20,770 bases of DNA, from the NCBI GenBank assembly GCA_019894975.1, contig JAGXNO010000052.1, forward strand, positions 1 through 20,770. The letters are read 5' to 3'. The stretch comes from Promethearchaeota archaeon. GTDB taxonomy: Archaea; Asgardarchaeota; Lokiarchaeia; Sigyniarchaeales; SOKP01. Position 1 is the stretch's first letter, and every line of letters begins with the position of its first letter. The notes below the pieces were generated by a model, which worked only from the letters and a program-made list of their open reading frames with translations, did not search any database and was not told where the DNA came from. The translations under genes were made by a program, and so were the position numbers. Positions 1 to 9,579 of the stretch are shown piece after piece.

Positions 1-557
1 AAAGTGAAGATTAGAAAGATCATAACTCTTGTTGATGTTGGAAATGATTGAGATTTAGAATCCCAATGTCCCATAAAAACTACTTTACATTTAGAGTTCT
101 TGCTTTCCAACTCAGCCCAAATATTTTCTGTTTCATAGTTTTTATTCGTATTTGTGCTTAACTTCATTTTTGTAGAAGTAGCAGTCTTAAGGGCTTTAAA
201 GGAAAAGAAGAGTGCTAGGGCAATAAGTCCTAAAGTTATAAAAGGATTCACGTAGAGTGATAATCCTAATAATATCAAACCCGTTCCTAATATTAGAAAG
301 ATATACCTTGAGTAAATAAAATTATGAAAAGATGTATTGAATTTTTGGCGCTTAATGGATTCATATCCAGCTCTTTTAAATTCATAAATCACAATTTCAA
401 TTGCTTTCTTTTCTCCCTCAGAGCCAATAAGTCGAGGGAATGCCAGCTTTTCTGTGATTCTATATGCGTTATCCACATTAATCAATTTATCGAACCCTTT
501 TTTCTTATTAGAAAGACACTTTACTTGATTTTCATTTACAACTAACTTAGGAATCAT
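1..557 (-). CDS. Membrane-embedded M28-family (aminopeptidase-like) metallopeptidase, 5' part only (runs off the window)
   Basis: Absent from the ORF track; translated by hand. The frame is open from ATG 557 (alternative TTG 485): ...INVDNAYRITEKLAFPRLIGSEGEKKAIEIV...[two hydrophobic segments YIFLILGTGLILLGLSLYV / FITLGLIALALFFSF]...ETENIWAELESKNSKCKVVFMGHWDSKSQ. PRxxGSxGE, ENI and GHxDS are typical M28 N-terminal motifs, including the first Zn ligand. Confidence 0.75.
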   Translation of the reverse strand, partial: MIPKLVVNENQVKCLSNKKKGFDKLINVDNAYRITEKLAFPRLIGSEGEKKAIEIVIYEFKRAGYESIKRQKFNTSFHNFIYSRYIFLILGTGLILLGLSLYVNPFITLGLIALALFFSFKALKTATSTKMKLSTNTNKNYETENIWAELESKNSKCKVVFMGHWDSKSQSFPTSTRVMIFLIFT

Positions 558-677
558 AATCCTTTATCATTTATAAAATATTTAAACCACCCGTTTGGAA
601 GCAGATTTTTCACTCTTTCGACACATTCTTAGGGAATTATAAAGGATCCTATTTTAAATGAGATAGCCAGACTTTGA

Positions 678-1175
678 TTATTCTGATAACTCCTCTGCTT
701 TATTCATATAATCTGGTTTAAAATGTGTTTTCAATAAATTAGAATTCCCTGTGGATATAAGATTTCCATTCATATCATATATTTCAACAGTTGCATGAAT
801 TATATTGCGTCCATCTCTTATCATCCTCCCAATTACTCGAACTTCATCCCCAACTTTCACTTTTCCTAAATAATCCACGTGAAAATCAATGCTAATCGGG
901 AATCCTTCAAACCCCAAAGTTGCAGTCATCATCCCAATAGTGTCATCCATTAATGCACATTGCATTCCCCCATGTAATAATCCCGTTGGGTTAGCCATCT
1001 CTGGCCTTATTTCGAATATTAATTCGATTTCACCATATTTCGCCTTGTTTATCTTCCCATTTAACCATTTTGTAAATGGAGGGACTGGAAAAGCATTTAA
1101 ATTCTTCCCTTTAAAGGTATTAAATAAATTAATCATATTTTCTGAACGCTTTTTATTCTGCTGCATGAGATTCAT
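678..1175 (-). CDS. PaaI-family hotdog-fold acyl-CoA thioesterase
   Basis: NPTGLLHGGMQCALMDD matches the PaaI NxxGxxHGG...D motif, and the size fits. The true start may be a downstream Met. Confidence 0.9.
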   Translation of the reverse strand: MNLMQQNKKRSENMINLFNTFKGKNLNAFPVPPFTKWLNGKINKAKYGEIELIFEIRPEMANPTGLLHGGMQCALMDDTIGMMTATLGFEGFPISIDFHVDYLGKVKVGDEVRVIGRMIRDGRNIIHATVEIYDMNGNLISTGNSNLLKTHFKPDYMNKAEELSE

Positions 1176-1284
1176 TGATGTTTAAACAAGCATAATTATA
1201 ATTTAGATAAAATAATGAGAGGTATTATATAATTGTTAATAGCAATTTTATTATCATTCTTATAGAAATAGCTTGTGGTTAAAA

Positions 1285-1310
1285 AATATAAAGAAATAAA
1301 AAAAAAGAAA
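1285..1310 (-). terminator. Probable archaeal U-rich terminator of the metalloprotease gene
   Basis: The minus strand reads TTTCTTTTTTTTTATTTCTTT about 30-50 nt after the stop at 1341. Confidence 0.45.
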
Positions 1311-1340
1311 TTAGATTTTATATTAAAACGGATTAGTACT

Positions 1341-3611
1341 TTAGAAATGCCATTTGAATTTAGGTTTATCAACAATAAACTCATACCCAGCAGCAAAGGT
1401 GTGCTCAAATCCTGGTTGGTTAGCAACTACCATTATAGTATAGGAGTGAATTCTCTTACAGTTGAGCAAGATAAATAAATCCTTGCCTTCTTCTGTTTCT
1501 TCTCTAACCCACATTTTGTCCATATGGTAGCGTGTTTTTCTTAAATCACCATGTCTGTCGTAATATTCAAAGACGTCAACCATTGTAACATCAAAGTCAT
1601 TTGGAATTACAATATTATTTCTGTGCCATCCTCCAGTCGCGGTCCAACCAGCAGTGTCAGTTTCAACATCATCTAAAAAGCTAAGTTCAGGTATTTCGAT
1701 ATCATCAAGGTACATTCCTGCTTCAAGAGTATAAGGGTCAGTCCAATAAACGAAATTTAATTCAATTTGATGACCTGCGAATGCAGATAGATCCATAGAT
1801 TCTTGATACCAGCCATAGCTTGAACCAGTAAAGCAATTCCATCTTCCTAAATCGAAATATTCATATGGATCAGGACCTACTAAATTACTAGGATTGTCAA
1901 TACCATAATTATATCCGATAGAAGTAGCTGTACCTAGACCTGCTAATGTGAACCACTCATCTGTAGTAAGATCGTGAACTTCTACATAACCAAAGTCCCA
2001 ATCTTCTTCAATTTCAAAGTAATTCATGAATTCTAATGTTGCTCCACCTACAGGTATATCAAAAGTTTGACCTAATGTAAAGTAAGACCATTGTTCTCCA
2101 CCAGAGTACCATTTATAATCACCACTTACTGCTACAACCCCACTAACATCGTCACCATCAAATTCTGCTTTAAGAAGTATTGAATCTTCTGAGTGGAATT
2201 CAACATAGTTAGGAGTATATGGTAAAGTAGCCCCGTTTGGATAAGCATATCCCGCATTAGGATATTCCTCTACATATATATCAAACCAAGGATACCAAGA
2301 GTTCCAAAGATACACCATCATAGGGATAGTATATCCATCTGAATCTGCTGGGAAATCGATACCATAATAACCATATCTTCCACCACTAAAAGAAGTATCA
2401 TCGAGATAATTTGCGATTGACCAGTCTTGGAATATTTGATCAAACGACCTACATACTCCTTGTTTTGCAATAGCATTCGACCATCCTTCTATTCCATTAG
2501 CAGGATCGTTAACAAGATCCCATATTATAGAAGATCCACCATAGTGTTCATACATATAGAAGGTCCATAGGAAGACTACTCCGTAATCAGCCAATTCACT
2601 TCCCCAGAGCACTAATGATGTATCCCAGTAATAAACGAAATACTCACCTATGTGTCCATACGGAGCACCGTATCCAGATAACCATTCAGCTAAAGTCGAG
2701 CAACCTTCATTTACCCAGGATAATTCATCCCCATCCATATCATGATGAATAAGATGCTGAAATTCGTGAGCAAATGTACCCTCATACTCGAATGATCTTG
2801 GATCTAAACCATATGAAAGAGGATCTTCTCGAAAACCTTGTCTCCTCCACCATTGATAAGTATCCATGTGGAAAATATTAGCATCATTATAATCGCTTGC
2901 AAAAGACCAGAAGTATCCTGCTATAAACCAACCAGCACCAATAGGATCGTAATAGAGTCCATCTCTAATATTAAATATTAAGATTTGAATCTTATAATCG
3001 TCTAATGGACCAGGTCGATCAGCATACATGCCAAAATTGTCTGTAACGGTTTCATATATATTGTTCTCAAATTCACTCATTACATTCATTAAATCTTGGC
3101 CTGTTATCCAATCCATATAACCGGGTGGCATATAGTAGCCATCATTATCAGGATCAGGAGCACCCCACTCAGTTGCATTAGCTCCTACTGAGCTCCATGG
3201 GTAAGCAAAATACCAGGTATCATCTTCGAAACCTGCACCTCCAGGATCATAATAATCTTGAAATCCGCCATCCCAAACATCACCCCATTGTCCAATCCAT
3301 ATATTGGCATGTTCATCACTTAGAACGCACTCAAAATCAAGCCATTCCCAGCCACCTGTCCAGTCATTAATGACGGGAACCGTCCAGGCATTACCCTTAT
3401 CTGGTTCCACATCTGTGATTAATGACATTCCCTGAAAGCGATCTGTTCCATCAATTCCAACAAGATCTCCATCGTTCATTTGGGCTAAAAATTCTTCTTG
3501 AGTTGGTGTATCAGATTCGGTTGTACCTTGTACACTGAAAATAAGTGGAACAGTAGTAACATTTATAAAGACGAAGACTACTAGTAGTACGAAAATTTGT
3601 TTTTTTCTCAT
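1341..3611 (-). CDS. Secreted zinc metalloprotease (M30/immune inhibitor A-like) with a C-terminal InhA/MAM-like beta-sandwich domain
   Basis: Signal peptide MRKKQIFVLLVVFVFINV. HEFQH zinc motif followed by WVNEG (third ligand). C-terminal EEDWDFGYVEV...DLSAFAGHQIELNFVYWTD...GMYLDDIEI is typical of InhA-like accessory domains. The protein is very acidic and W/Y/D-rich. Confidence 0.85.
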   Translation of the reverse strand: MRKKQIFVLLVVFVFINVTTVPLIFSVQGTTESDTPTQEEFLAQMNDGDLVGIDGTDRFQGMSLITDVEPDKGNAWTVPVINDWTGGWEWLDFECVLSDEHANIWIGQWGDVWDGGFQDYYDPGGAGFEDDTWYFAYPWSSVGANATEWGAPDPDNDGYYMPPGYMDWITGQDLMNVMSEFENNIYETVTDNFGMYADRPGPLDDYKIQILIFNIRDGLYYDPIGAGWFIAGYFWSFASDYNDANIFHMDTYQWWRRQGFREDPLSYGLDPRSFEYEGTFAHEFQHLIHHDMDGDELSWVNEGCSTLAEWLSGYGAPYGHIGEYFVYYWDTSLVLWGSELADYGVVFLWTFYMYEHYGGSSIIWDLVNDPANGIEGWSNAIAKQGVCRSFDQIFQDWSIANYLDDTSFSGGRYGYYGIDFPADSDGYTIPMMVYLWNSWYPWFDIYVEEYPNAGYAYPNGATLPYTPNYVEFHSEDSILLKAEFDGDDVSGVVAVSGDYKWYSGGEQWSYFTLGQTFDIPVGGATLEFMNYFEIEEDWDFGYVEVHDLTTDEWFTLAGLGTATSIGYNYGIDNPSNLVGPDPYEYFDLGRWNCFTGSSYGWYQESMDLSAFAGHQIELNFVYWTDPYTLEAGMYLDDIEIPELSFLDDVETDTAGWTATGGWHRNNIVIPNDFDVTMVDVFEYYDRHGDLRKTRYHMDKMWVREETEEGKDLFILLNCKRIHSYTIMVVANQPGFEHTFAAGYEFIVDKPKFKWHF

Positions 3612-3673
3612 TTTTTTATCAACTCATTTTTTTTTTAGAAAATTTGTTTTTTTTGTTCTTTAAAATTCATTAG

Positions 3674-3764
3674 TTTCCGCGGAAAAAATGAAATATTTCG
3701 AACATCGATAAGCAGTCTTGAAACTTAAAAACTTTTTCAAGGCTTTCGGTGAATGAAATATTTG
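3674..3764. promoter_or_regulatory. Divergent promoter region containing palindromes and a direct repeat
   Basis: Palindrome TTTCCGCGGAAA at 3674-3685. AATGAAATATTT at 3687-3698 and 3752-3763. Inverted repeat AGTCTTGAAA...TTTCAAGGCT at 3714-3744. Lies between divergent starts at 3611 and 3916. Confidence 0.35.
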
Positions 3765-3915
3765 AAGCTTTATTATTTAAAATTTTCCATTTTTTCTTAT
3801 AACAAAAATGAGAAAAGGTGGGCGGGTTATCCCATCGTATATAAACTTTATGTTGACTCTTCTCTGACGGGATGAAATCTGAAAAATTTAATTATCTACA
3901 CTATTTCAATATATA

Positions 3916-5364
3916 ATGACAGGACCTAAACATTCTGAATTGAATGTTAAAGATGTTTCGTTTATTAATGATATTAAAAATCTTGCTGTGATAGGCCCCT
4001 CAAAAAAAAGAGATTATTATTTCTTTAAGAATCATGCTATTGATTTTAAGGGCAATGCATATGCTGTACACCCAACCGTAAAAGAAATTTCTGGTTTTGA
4101 TCGAAATAAAATTGTTCCTTCTTTAAAGGATATCAAGGAGGATATTGATTATGCCTGGATTTCATTACCTGCTTCTCAAGTTCTAAATGTAATAGATGAG
4201 TGCATAGATAAAGGGGTTAAACTTGTAACAATCTTTAGTTCTGATTTTTCTGATTCTGGAACAGAGAAGGGGTTGATATTAGAACAGCTTTTAGTAAAAA
4301 GAGCTCAAAATAAAGTTAGAATTTTAGGTCCAAATGGAATGGGTTTATATTATCCCAAACTTGGGATTTGCTGGCGCTCAAACTTCCCAACAACGGCAGG
4401 AAATATTGGATTTATTGCACAATCAGGTGGGATGTGTAATATTGCTATATATGGTGCTAGTTCATTCGGAATTAAATTTTCAAAAGTTTTTTCCTTTGGG
4501 AATGGGGCAGATTTAGATCTTGTGGATTTACTCTATTTCTTAAGTGAGGACCCAGAAACGGATATAATTCTATGTTATTTAGAAGGTATTAAAGAAGGAA
4601 GAATTGATGATTTAAGAAAAGTTCTTGAGCACAATAAAAAACCAGTTATATGCCTTAAAGGAGGTCAATCAAAAAGCGGTTCAATTGCAGCAAAAACACA
4701 TACAGCTTCTATATCGGGGAATAATAAGTTATGGAACGCATTCTTCAAACAGTATAACGTTATTCAAGTCGATTCACTAGAACAATTATTACATACGGCT
4801 CATATACTCGATTGTTATAAAGCCTTTGAAATTAATAACTTGGCTGTTGCAAGTATTAGTGGAGGGTATGGGGTAGTATTAGTGGATCTTCTTGCAAAAA
4901 ATGGATTTAATATTCCTCAATTCAGTTCTGATATCCAGAAACAATTAAACTCAAGATTTATTCTGCCAGGAACAAGCCCAAAAAATCCCCTAGATTTAGC
5001 AGCGCACTTCTTTTTTGAAAATTTCATTTATGACGTCTTAAATATTGCTCTATCAGATATTAATATAGATGGATTAGTTTTAGATATGCCAAGTTTTTAT
5101 TTAACACCTGTTTTTACCCGATCAAGATACAATACATCTTTTGAATCTATTATGATCGAAAGTTTAAGTTTAGGCCATAAATATAATAAACCAGTAATTC
5201 CAATAATTCAGCGATTGAATCGTCCGGATGATAGAGAAAGAGTTCGTAATATTTTAATTGAAAAGAAAGTTCCAGTATTTGGGGTTCCTGATGAATTTAT
5301 ACCAATTCTACGAAAAATTTCAGAATATAAAAAAAAACTAAAGAAAAAATCTAAAAATGTTTAA
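3916..5364 (+). CDS. ADP-forming acyl-CoA synthetase alpha-subunit-like protein (CoA-binding plus ligase domains)
   Basis: LAVIGPS CoA-binding start, RILGPNGMG, IAQSGG, SFGNGADL, LCYLEG, LKGG, phospho-His motif AAKTHTAS, SISGGYG and NPLDL. No ATP-grasp (beta) domain. The stop overlaps the convergent gene at TTAA 5361-5364. Confidence 0.85.
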   Translation: MTGPKHSELNVKDVSFINDIKNLAVIGPSKKRDYYFFKNHAIDFKGNAYAVHPTVKEISGFDRNKIVPSLKDIKEDIDYAWISLPASQVLNVIDECIDKGVKLVTIFSSDFSDSGTEKGLILEQLLVKRAQNKVRILGPNGMGLYYPKLGICWRSNFPTTAGNIGFIAQSGGMCNIAIYGASSFGIKFSKVFSFGNGADLDLVDLLYFLSEDPETDIILCYLEGIKEGRIDDLRKVLEHNKKPVICLKGGQSKSGSIAAKTHTASISGNNKLWNAFFKQYNVIQVDSLEQLLHTAHILDCYKAFEINNLAVASISGGYGVVLVDLLAKNGFNIPQFSSDIQKQLNSRFILPGTSPKNPLDLAAHFFFENFIYDVLNIALSDINIDGLVLDMPSFYLTPVFTRSRYNTSFESIMIESLSLGHKYNKPVIPIIQRLNRPDDRERVRNILIEKKVPVFGVPDEFIPILRKISEYKKKLKKKSKNV

Positions 5365-6209
5365 TCTTGCTTTTTAGTTCCATAATCTCCCCACTTACCA
5401 TCTCGATCATTAAGAGCCTTTTTTAACCCTTCAGTATACATTTGTTTAGTAAATTCATTATTTGTTTTCATATACACGCCAAGTGAGTGGATAAAATGTC
5501 CTGCACGGATTGCGGTTCGAGCCCCCATTACTTCCATAGCTTGATGTACGCTCTTCTTATTCATAACTTGTAAATCAGGGGGAATGTTAGAAACGCTTCT
5601 CGCCATTTCTAGTACTTTTTCCTCTAATTCTTCAGGTTTATAAGATCTATTAGCGAAACCCACGCGGGCTGCTTCCTTTCCACTCATAGCTGCCCCCGTC
5701 AACATAAACTCCATAGCGGCTCTCATACCCATAAGCCATACAGGAAATTGAAAATCGGGTGTCATCAGTGATCGGACCGCAGGATATCCAATTTGAGCAT
5801 CATCTGCAACATACACTAAATCACATGCAGATGCTAATTCAGTACCTCCAGCTAAGCAGTATCCATGAATTTGTGCTATAATGGGTTTAGCCATGTCCCA
5901 CATCTTAAACCAACCTTCAGTAAGATGCCGAGGCCATGATAAATCTCCAACTCCTATCTCAGGAGAAGTAAACCATGGTCGATTAATTCTGAGATCTTTA
6001 CCGAGATCATAACCTGCAGAAAAACATGTACCAGCTCCTCGAATAATTGTTACTCTAATATCTTTATTAAGCTCAGCATTTTCAAGTGCTTTAAAGACTT
6101 CTCCTCTTAATTCATTGCTTAAAGCATTACGCTTTTCAGGTCTATTTAAGGTAATTCGGTTTATATACTTATCTGGTTGATCAACTATAATATAATCATA
6201 ATTTTCCAT
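5361..6209 (-). CDS. Enoyl-CoA hydratase/isomerase (crotonase) family protein
   Basis: ITLNRPEKRNAL, FSAGYDL (oxyanion hole 1), KPIIAQIHGYCLAGGTELASACD (oxyanion hole 2 and first Glu). Confidence 0.92.
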   Translation of the reverse strand: MENYDYIIVDQPDKYINRITLNRPEKRNALSNELRGEVFKALENAELNKDIRVTIIRGAGTCFSAGYDLGKDLRINRPWFTSPEIGVGDLSWPRHLTEGWFKMWDMAKPIIAQIHGYCLAGGTELASACDLVYVADDAQIGYPAVRSLMTPDFQFPVWLMGMRAAMEFMLTGAAMSGKEAARVGFANRSYKPEELEEKVLEMARSVSNIPPDLQVMNKKSVHQAMEVMGARTAIRAGHFIHSLGVYMKTNNEFTKQMYTEGLKKALNDRDGKWGDYGTKKQD

Positions 6210-6335
6210 AATATCATCTTCTGTTTTTAATAGTTAGATTATTACTTAGGAAAAAGAATAGAACATTAAAACCATTTTGATCATTAATGATTTAAGGAGA
6301 AGTTTTCTAACGTAGAAGATATAAGAAAGAAATAA

Positions 6336-8699
6336 TTATTTTAAAGCTATTTTGCTTACTCGAGAGACAATATCAGCAAACTTTTTTCCTTCTGCTGCAG
6401 AAATCCATTCGATTATAAACCTTTCGTCAGAGATATCATTTTTTTTCATCCAACTTCTAATTCTTTTTTCTCGCTTGATAGCAAAATCATTTCCAGAAAT
6501 GTAATGGCAATCTTGTGGATGGCATCCAGTCAACATAACAGCTCCAGCTCCACGGGTAAAACAATGTTTAATAAAAGAAATGTCTACACGTCCTGAACAC
6601 ATGGTTCTAACAATTCTCGTATTAGTTGGATACTGGATTCGACTTGTTCCTGCCAAATCTGCCCCTGCATAGGAACACCAATTACAAGCAAAAATCAATA
6701 CTTTTTCTGATGCATCTTCACGAAGAGCTATATCAATTTGCCTGAGAATCATGGAATCTGTAAAATTGGTCATGGTGATAGCATCAGTAGGACAATCTGC
6801 CGCACAAGTTCCACAACCTTTACATAACACAGGAATAATTCGAGCAGGTGTTTTATTTTCTCGATCAACACTAATAGCTCCGTAAGGACAACGAGAAACA
6901 CAAGTACCGCAACTATTACATTTTTCTGTATCCACAAAGGCATATAAAGGTTCTACGTGGAATTCATCTTTTGAGATCAAATTACCACAACGCCCTGCTG
7001 CGGCACTGGCTTGCGTAACAGTTTCCCTAATATCCTTTGGTGATTCTGCACCTCCAGCAATAAAAATTCCATCAGTTGGAGTATCTACTGGTCGAAGTTT
7101 TGGATGTGCTTCAATATAAAAACCTTTTGGATCCTTTGCAATCGGAAACGGGATATCTGCTGATGATCCTTCTACTCCAATAGAAAGAACCACTAAATCA
7201 AATTCCTCAGAAAGCATTGCTCCTGCGCTTATATTTTCAACATTAATAATAAGATTATTATTGACGGGATTTTCTTTAATCTGACCTGGACGCCCACGTA
7301 TATATAAAACACCTTCCTCTCTTGATCGAGCATAAAGCTCTTCAAATCCCTTTCCAAAAGCCCTAATATCGATAAAGAAAATTGTAACCTCCACATCAGG
7401 CCAGTGTTCTTTAATTAAAAGGCTGTCCTTTATACTTTCCATACAGCAGAAATTAGAACAGTATGGATTAAATCTCTTATCACGTGATCCTACACAATTA
7501 ATAAAAGCAACTTTATTAGGTTTTTTAAGATCACTAGGACGTACAAGTTCTCCATTTGTTGGTCCTGCAGCATTAATTAACCTTTCAAACTCAAATGTTG
7601 TTATAACATTAGTATAATTACCCCATCCATATTCTGGGAGATTTGAAGCATCGAAAAGTTCAAAACCTACAGCAATAATAATTGCACCTACTTTATAATT
7701 ATAAGTTTTTACGGAATCTTCATAATTGATAGCTTCTTTTTCACATTCAGGAACACATTTTCCACAGTTCAGAGGAGAAAGACCTAAACAGCTCTGATCA
7801 TCAATGATATAACTAGCTGGTACTGCTTGTGGATATGGGATATAGATTGCTTTTCTCCAACCTAAATTTCCAGAATATACATCAATGACGTTTTCAGGGC
7901 AGACTGCGACACAATCTCCGCATGCAGTACAGAGACTTTCATCCACATACCGTGGAGATTTTTCTATTGTTATTTCAAAATTACCAATATATCCAGATAT
8001 GCTTGTAACTTCAGCACAGGAAATTAAATTAATATTTTCATGATTTCCTACATCGGCCATTTTGGGGCCTAATATGCAGATTGAGCAGTCCATTGTTGGA
8101 AAAGTTTTATCGATGAGTGCCATCTTTCCTCCAATAGTAGGTGCTTTTTCGACGAGAATAACTTCATGATCATCAGCTAAATCTAATGCAGCTTGAATTC
8201 CTGCTATGCCCCCTCCAATGATTAGGACTCTGGGTGTAATCGGAACGACGATATCATCAATTGCTTCTAATAACTCAGCTTTCGCGATTGCCATTTCAAG
8301 AATTTCTTTCGCTTTTTTGGATGCTTCTTCCTTCTCTGAAAGATGCACCCAACTGCATTGTTCTCGGATATTAGCCACTTCTACTAACGAAGGATTTATT
8401 CCAGTACGTCTTAAAATTTTCTTCCAGGTTGGTCCATGTAATCTTGGTGAGCATGCTGCTACTACTATCTTCTCTATACCTTGTTCTTTAATTGCAGTTT
8501 CGATTTCTACTTGCCCGGGATCAGAACAAGTATAGGTATTAACTTGTACTAACTTGACTCTTGAATCTCCTTCGATTTCTTTAGCTAATTCATCAATATC
8601 TACGGTTCCATGAATATTTTTTCCACATTTACATAGGAATACCCCAATATTAGGTTCCGTTTTGGGCTTTTCAACACTTTCAGTCATATTTTCATTCAC
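6336..8699 (-). CDS. hdrA: Heterodisulfide reductase subunit A fused to a C-terminal MvhD-like [2Fe-2S] domain
   Basis: GVFLCKCG, VVAACSP, NIREQCSW, FAD motif VLIIGGGIAG, FPTMDCSIC, inserted ferredoxin (CTACGDC..CP), CVGSRD..YCSNFCC and C-terminal 2x[4Fe-4S] motifs. These are followed by the MvhD motifs FACNWCSY, RTMCSGRV, GCHPQDCHY and WISAAEG. Confidence 0.95.
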   Translation of the reverse strand: MNENMTESVEKPKTEPNIGVFLCKCGKNIHGTVDIDELAKEIEGDSRVKLVQVNTYTCSDPGQVEIETAIKEQGIEKIVVAACSPRLHGPTWKKILRRTGINPSLVEVANIREQCSWVHLSEKEEASKKAKEILEMAIAKAELLEAIDDIVVPITPRVLIIGGGIAGIQAALDLADDHEVILVEKAPTIGGKMALIDKTFPTMDCSICILGPKMADVGNHENINLISCAEVTSISGYIGNFEITIEKSPRYVDESLCTACGDCVAVCPENVIDVYSGNLGWRKAIYIPYPQAVPASYIIDDQSCLGLSPLNCGKCVPECEKEAINYEDSVKTYNYKVGAIIIAVGFELFDASNLPEYGWGNYTNVITTFEFERLINAAGPTNGELVRPSDLKKPNKVAFINCVGSRDKRFNPYCSNFCCMESIKDSLLIKEHWPDVEVTIFFIDIRAFGKGFEELYARSREEGVLYIRGRPGQIKENPVNNNLIINVENISAGAMLSEEFDLVVLSIGVEGSSADIPFPIAKDPKGFYIEAHPKLRPVDTPTDGIFIAGGAESPKDIRETVTQASAAAGRCGNLISKDEFHVEPLYAFVDTEKCNSCGTCVSRCPYGAISVDRENKTPARIIPVLCKGCGTCAADCPTDAITMTNFTDSMILRQIDIALREDASEKVLIFACNWCSYAGADLAGTSRIQYPTNTRIVRTMCSGRVDISFIKHCFTRGAGAVMLTGCHPQDCHYISGNDFAIKREKRIRSWMKKNDISDERFIIEWISAAEGKKFADIVSRVSKIALK

Positions 8700-8718
8700 T
8701 ATCTGTAATTCAACTTAA

Positions 8719-9576
8719 TTATTTCTTATTTTGAGCTTTGATTCGAACTTGTTCTATTTTTTTGCTATATCCTTCCCGTTCCTCTTCAACAAATTCCCCA
8801 CATATTATAATTCCTTTCTTGAAATCGAAAGTTGCTTGATGAGGTGGCCAATCTACTTTAATCCTAACTTGTTTTTTTATCCACTCTAGTATCTCTACAG
8901 CGTCACCTAATTTATTTTTAGAACCATATTGAACAAAACAAGGAGCAATTACTTCTATAAAACTGAAACCCTCATTGTCTATGCATTTGAAGATACTTTT
9001 TTGTAATCTAAGGGTGTCATATCCAGGCCATCGAGCTACATATGTTGCTCCTGCTGCCGCTGCTAGACTTACTAAATTGAAGGGTGGTTCTACATTCCCA
9101 TATGGTGTTGTTTGAGTTATGTCGCCTATCTGGCTAGTAGGAGCTACTTGTCCTCCAGTCATGCCATAAATATTGTTATTTACACAGAGAACGGTTATCT
9201 CTACATTTCTTCTAGCAGCATGAATGAAATGATTCCCTCCTATAGCAAAAAGATCTCCATCTCCCGATAGAACTATAACTTTTAATTTGGGGTTTGCTAA
9301 TTTTAGCCCCGTTGCAAAAGGTATAGCCCTTCCATGGGTAGTATGGAAAGCAGGTGCTTTAAAGCATCCACTAGATCGCCCAGTACATCCTATACCTGAT
9401 ACAATGGCAAAATCCTTAGATGTGAGCCCTCTTTCATGTAGACAGCTTGTAATTGAAGTTATAACTGTTCCAATTAAACACCCTGGACAAAAAATAAAGC
9501 GGTTTAAATTTAACATATCAATTAAGGGATGACTAAGTGCTTCAGGGGGATTTGATACTTGATCTGATGGATTCAT
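8719..9576 (-). CDS. korB: 2-oxoacid:ferredoxin oxidoreductase beta (TPP-binding) subunit, KorB-like
   Basis: FCPGC, SGIGC, HTTHGRA, TPP motif GDGD...GGNH...NNNIYGMTGGQVAPT, and APC. Confidence 0.92.
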   Translation of the reverse strand: MNPSDQVSNPPEALSHPLIDMLNLNRFIFCPGCLIGTVITSITSCLHERGLTSKDFAIVSGIGCTGRSSGCFKAPAFHTTHGRAIPFATGLKLANPKLKVIVLSGDGDLFAIGGNHFIHAARRNVEITVLCVNNNIYGMTGGQVAPTSQIGDITQTTPYGNVEPPFNLVSLAAAAGATYVARWPGYDTLRLQKSIFKCIDNEGFSFIEVIAPCFVQYGSKNKLGDAVEILEWIKKQVRIKVDWPPHQATFDFKKGIIICGEFVEEEREGYSKKIEQVRIKAQNKK

Positions 9577-9579
9577 ATG

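Noticed and set aside
1341-3611. Metalloprotease as the leader peptidase of the putative RiPP
   Set aside because: It lies about 14 kb away, is separated by unrelated metabolic genes and is secreted. Nothing links the two.
6336-8699. Selenocysteine recoding in HdrA/MvhD (known selenoprotein families in Lokiarchaeia and methanococci)
   Set aside because: The ORF is uninterrupted, with Cys codons at the relevant motifs (DCSIC, CNWC, GCHPQDC). No in-frame TGA.
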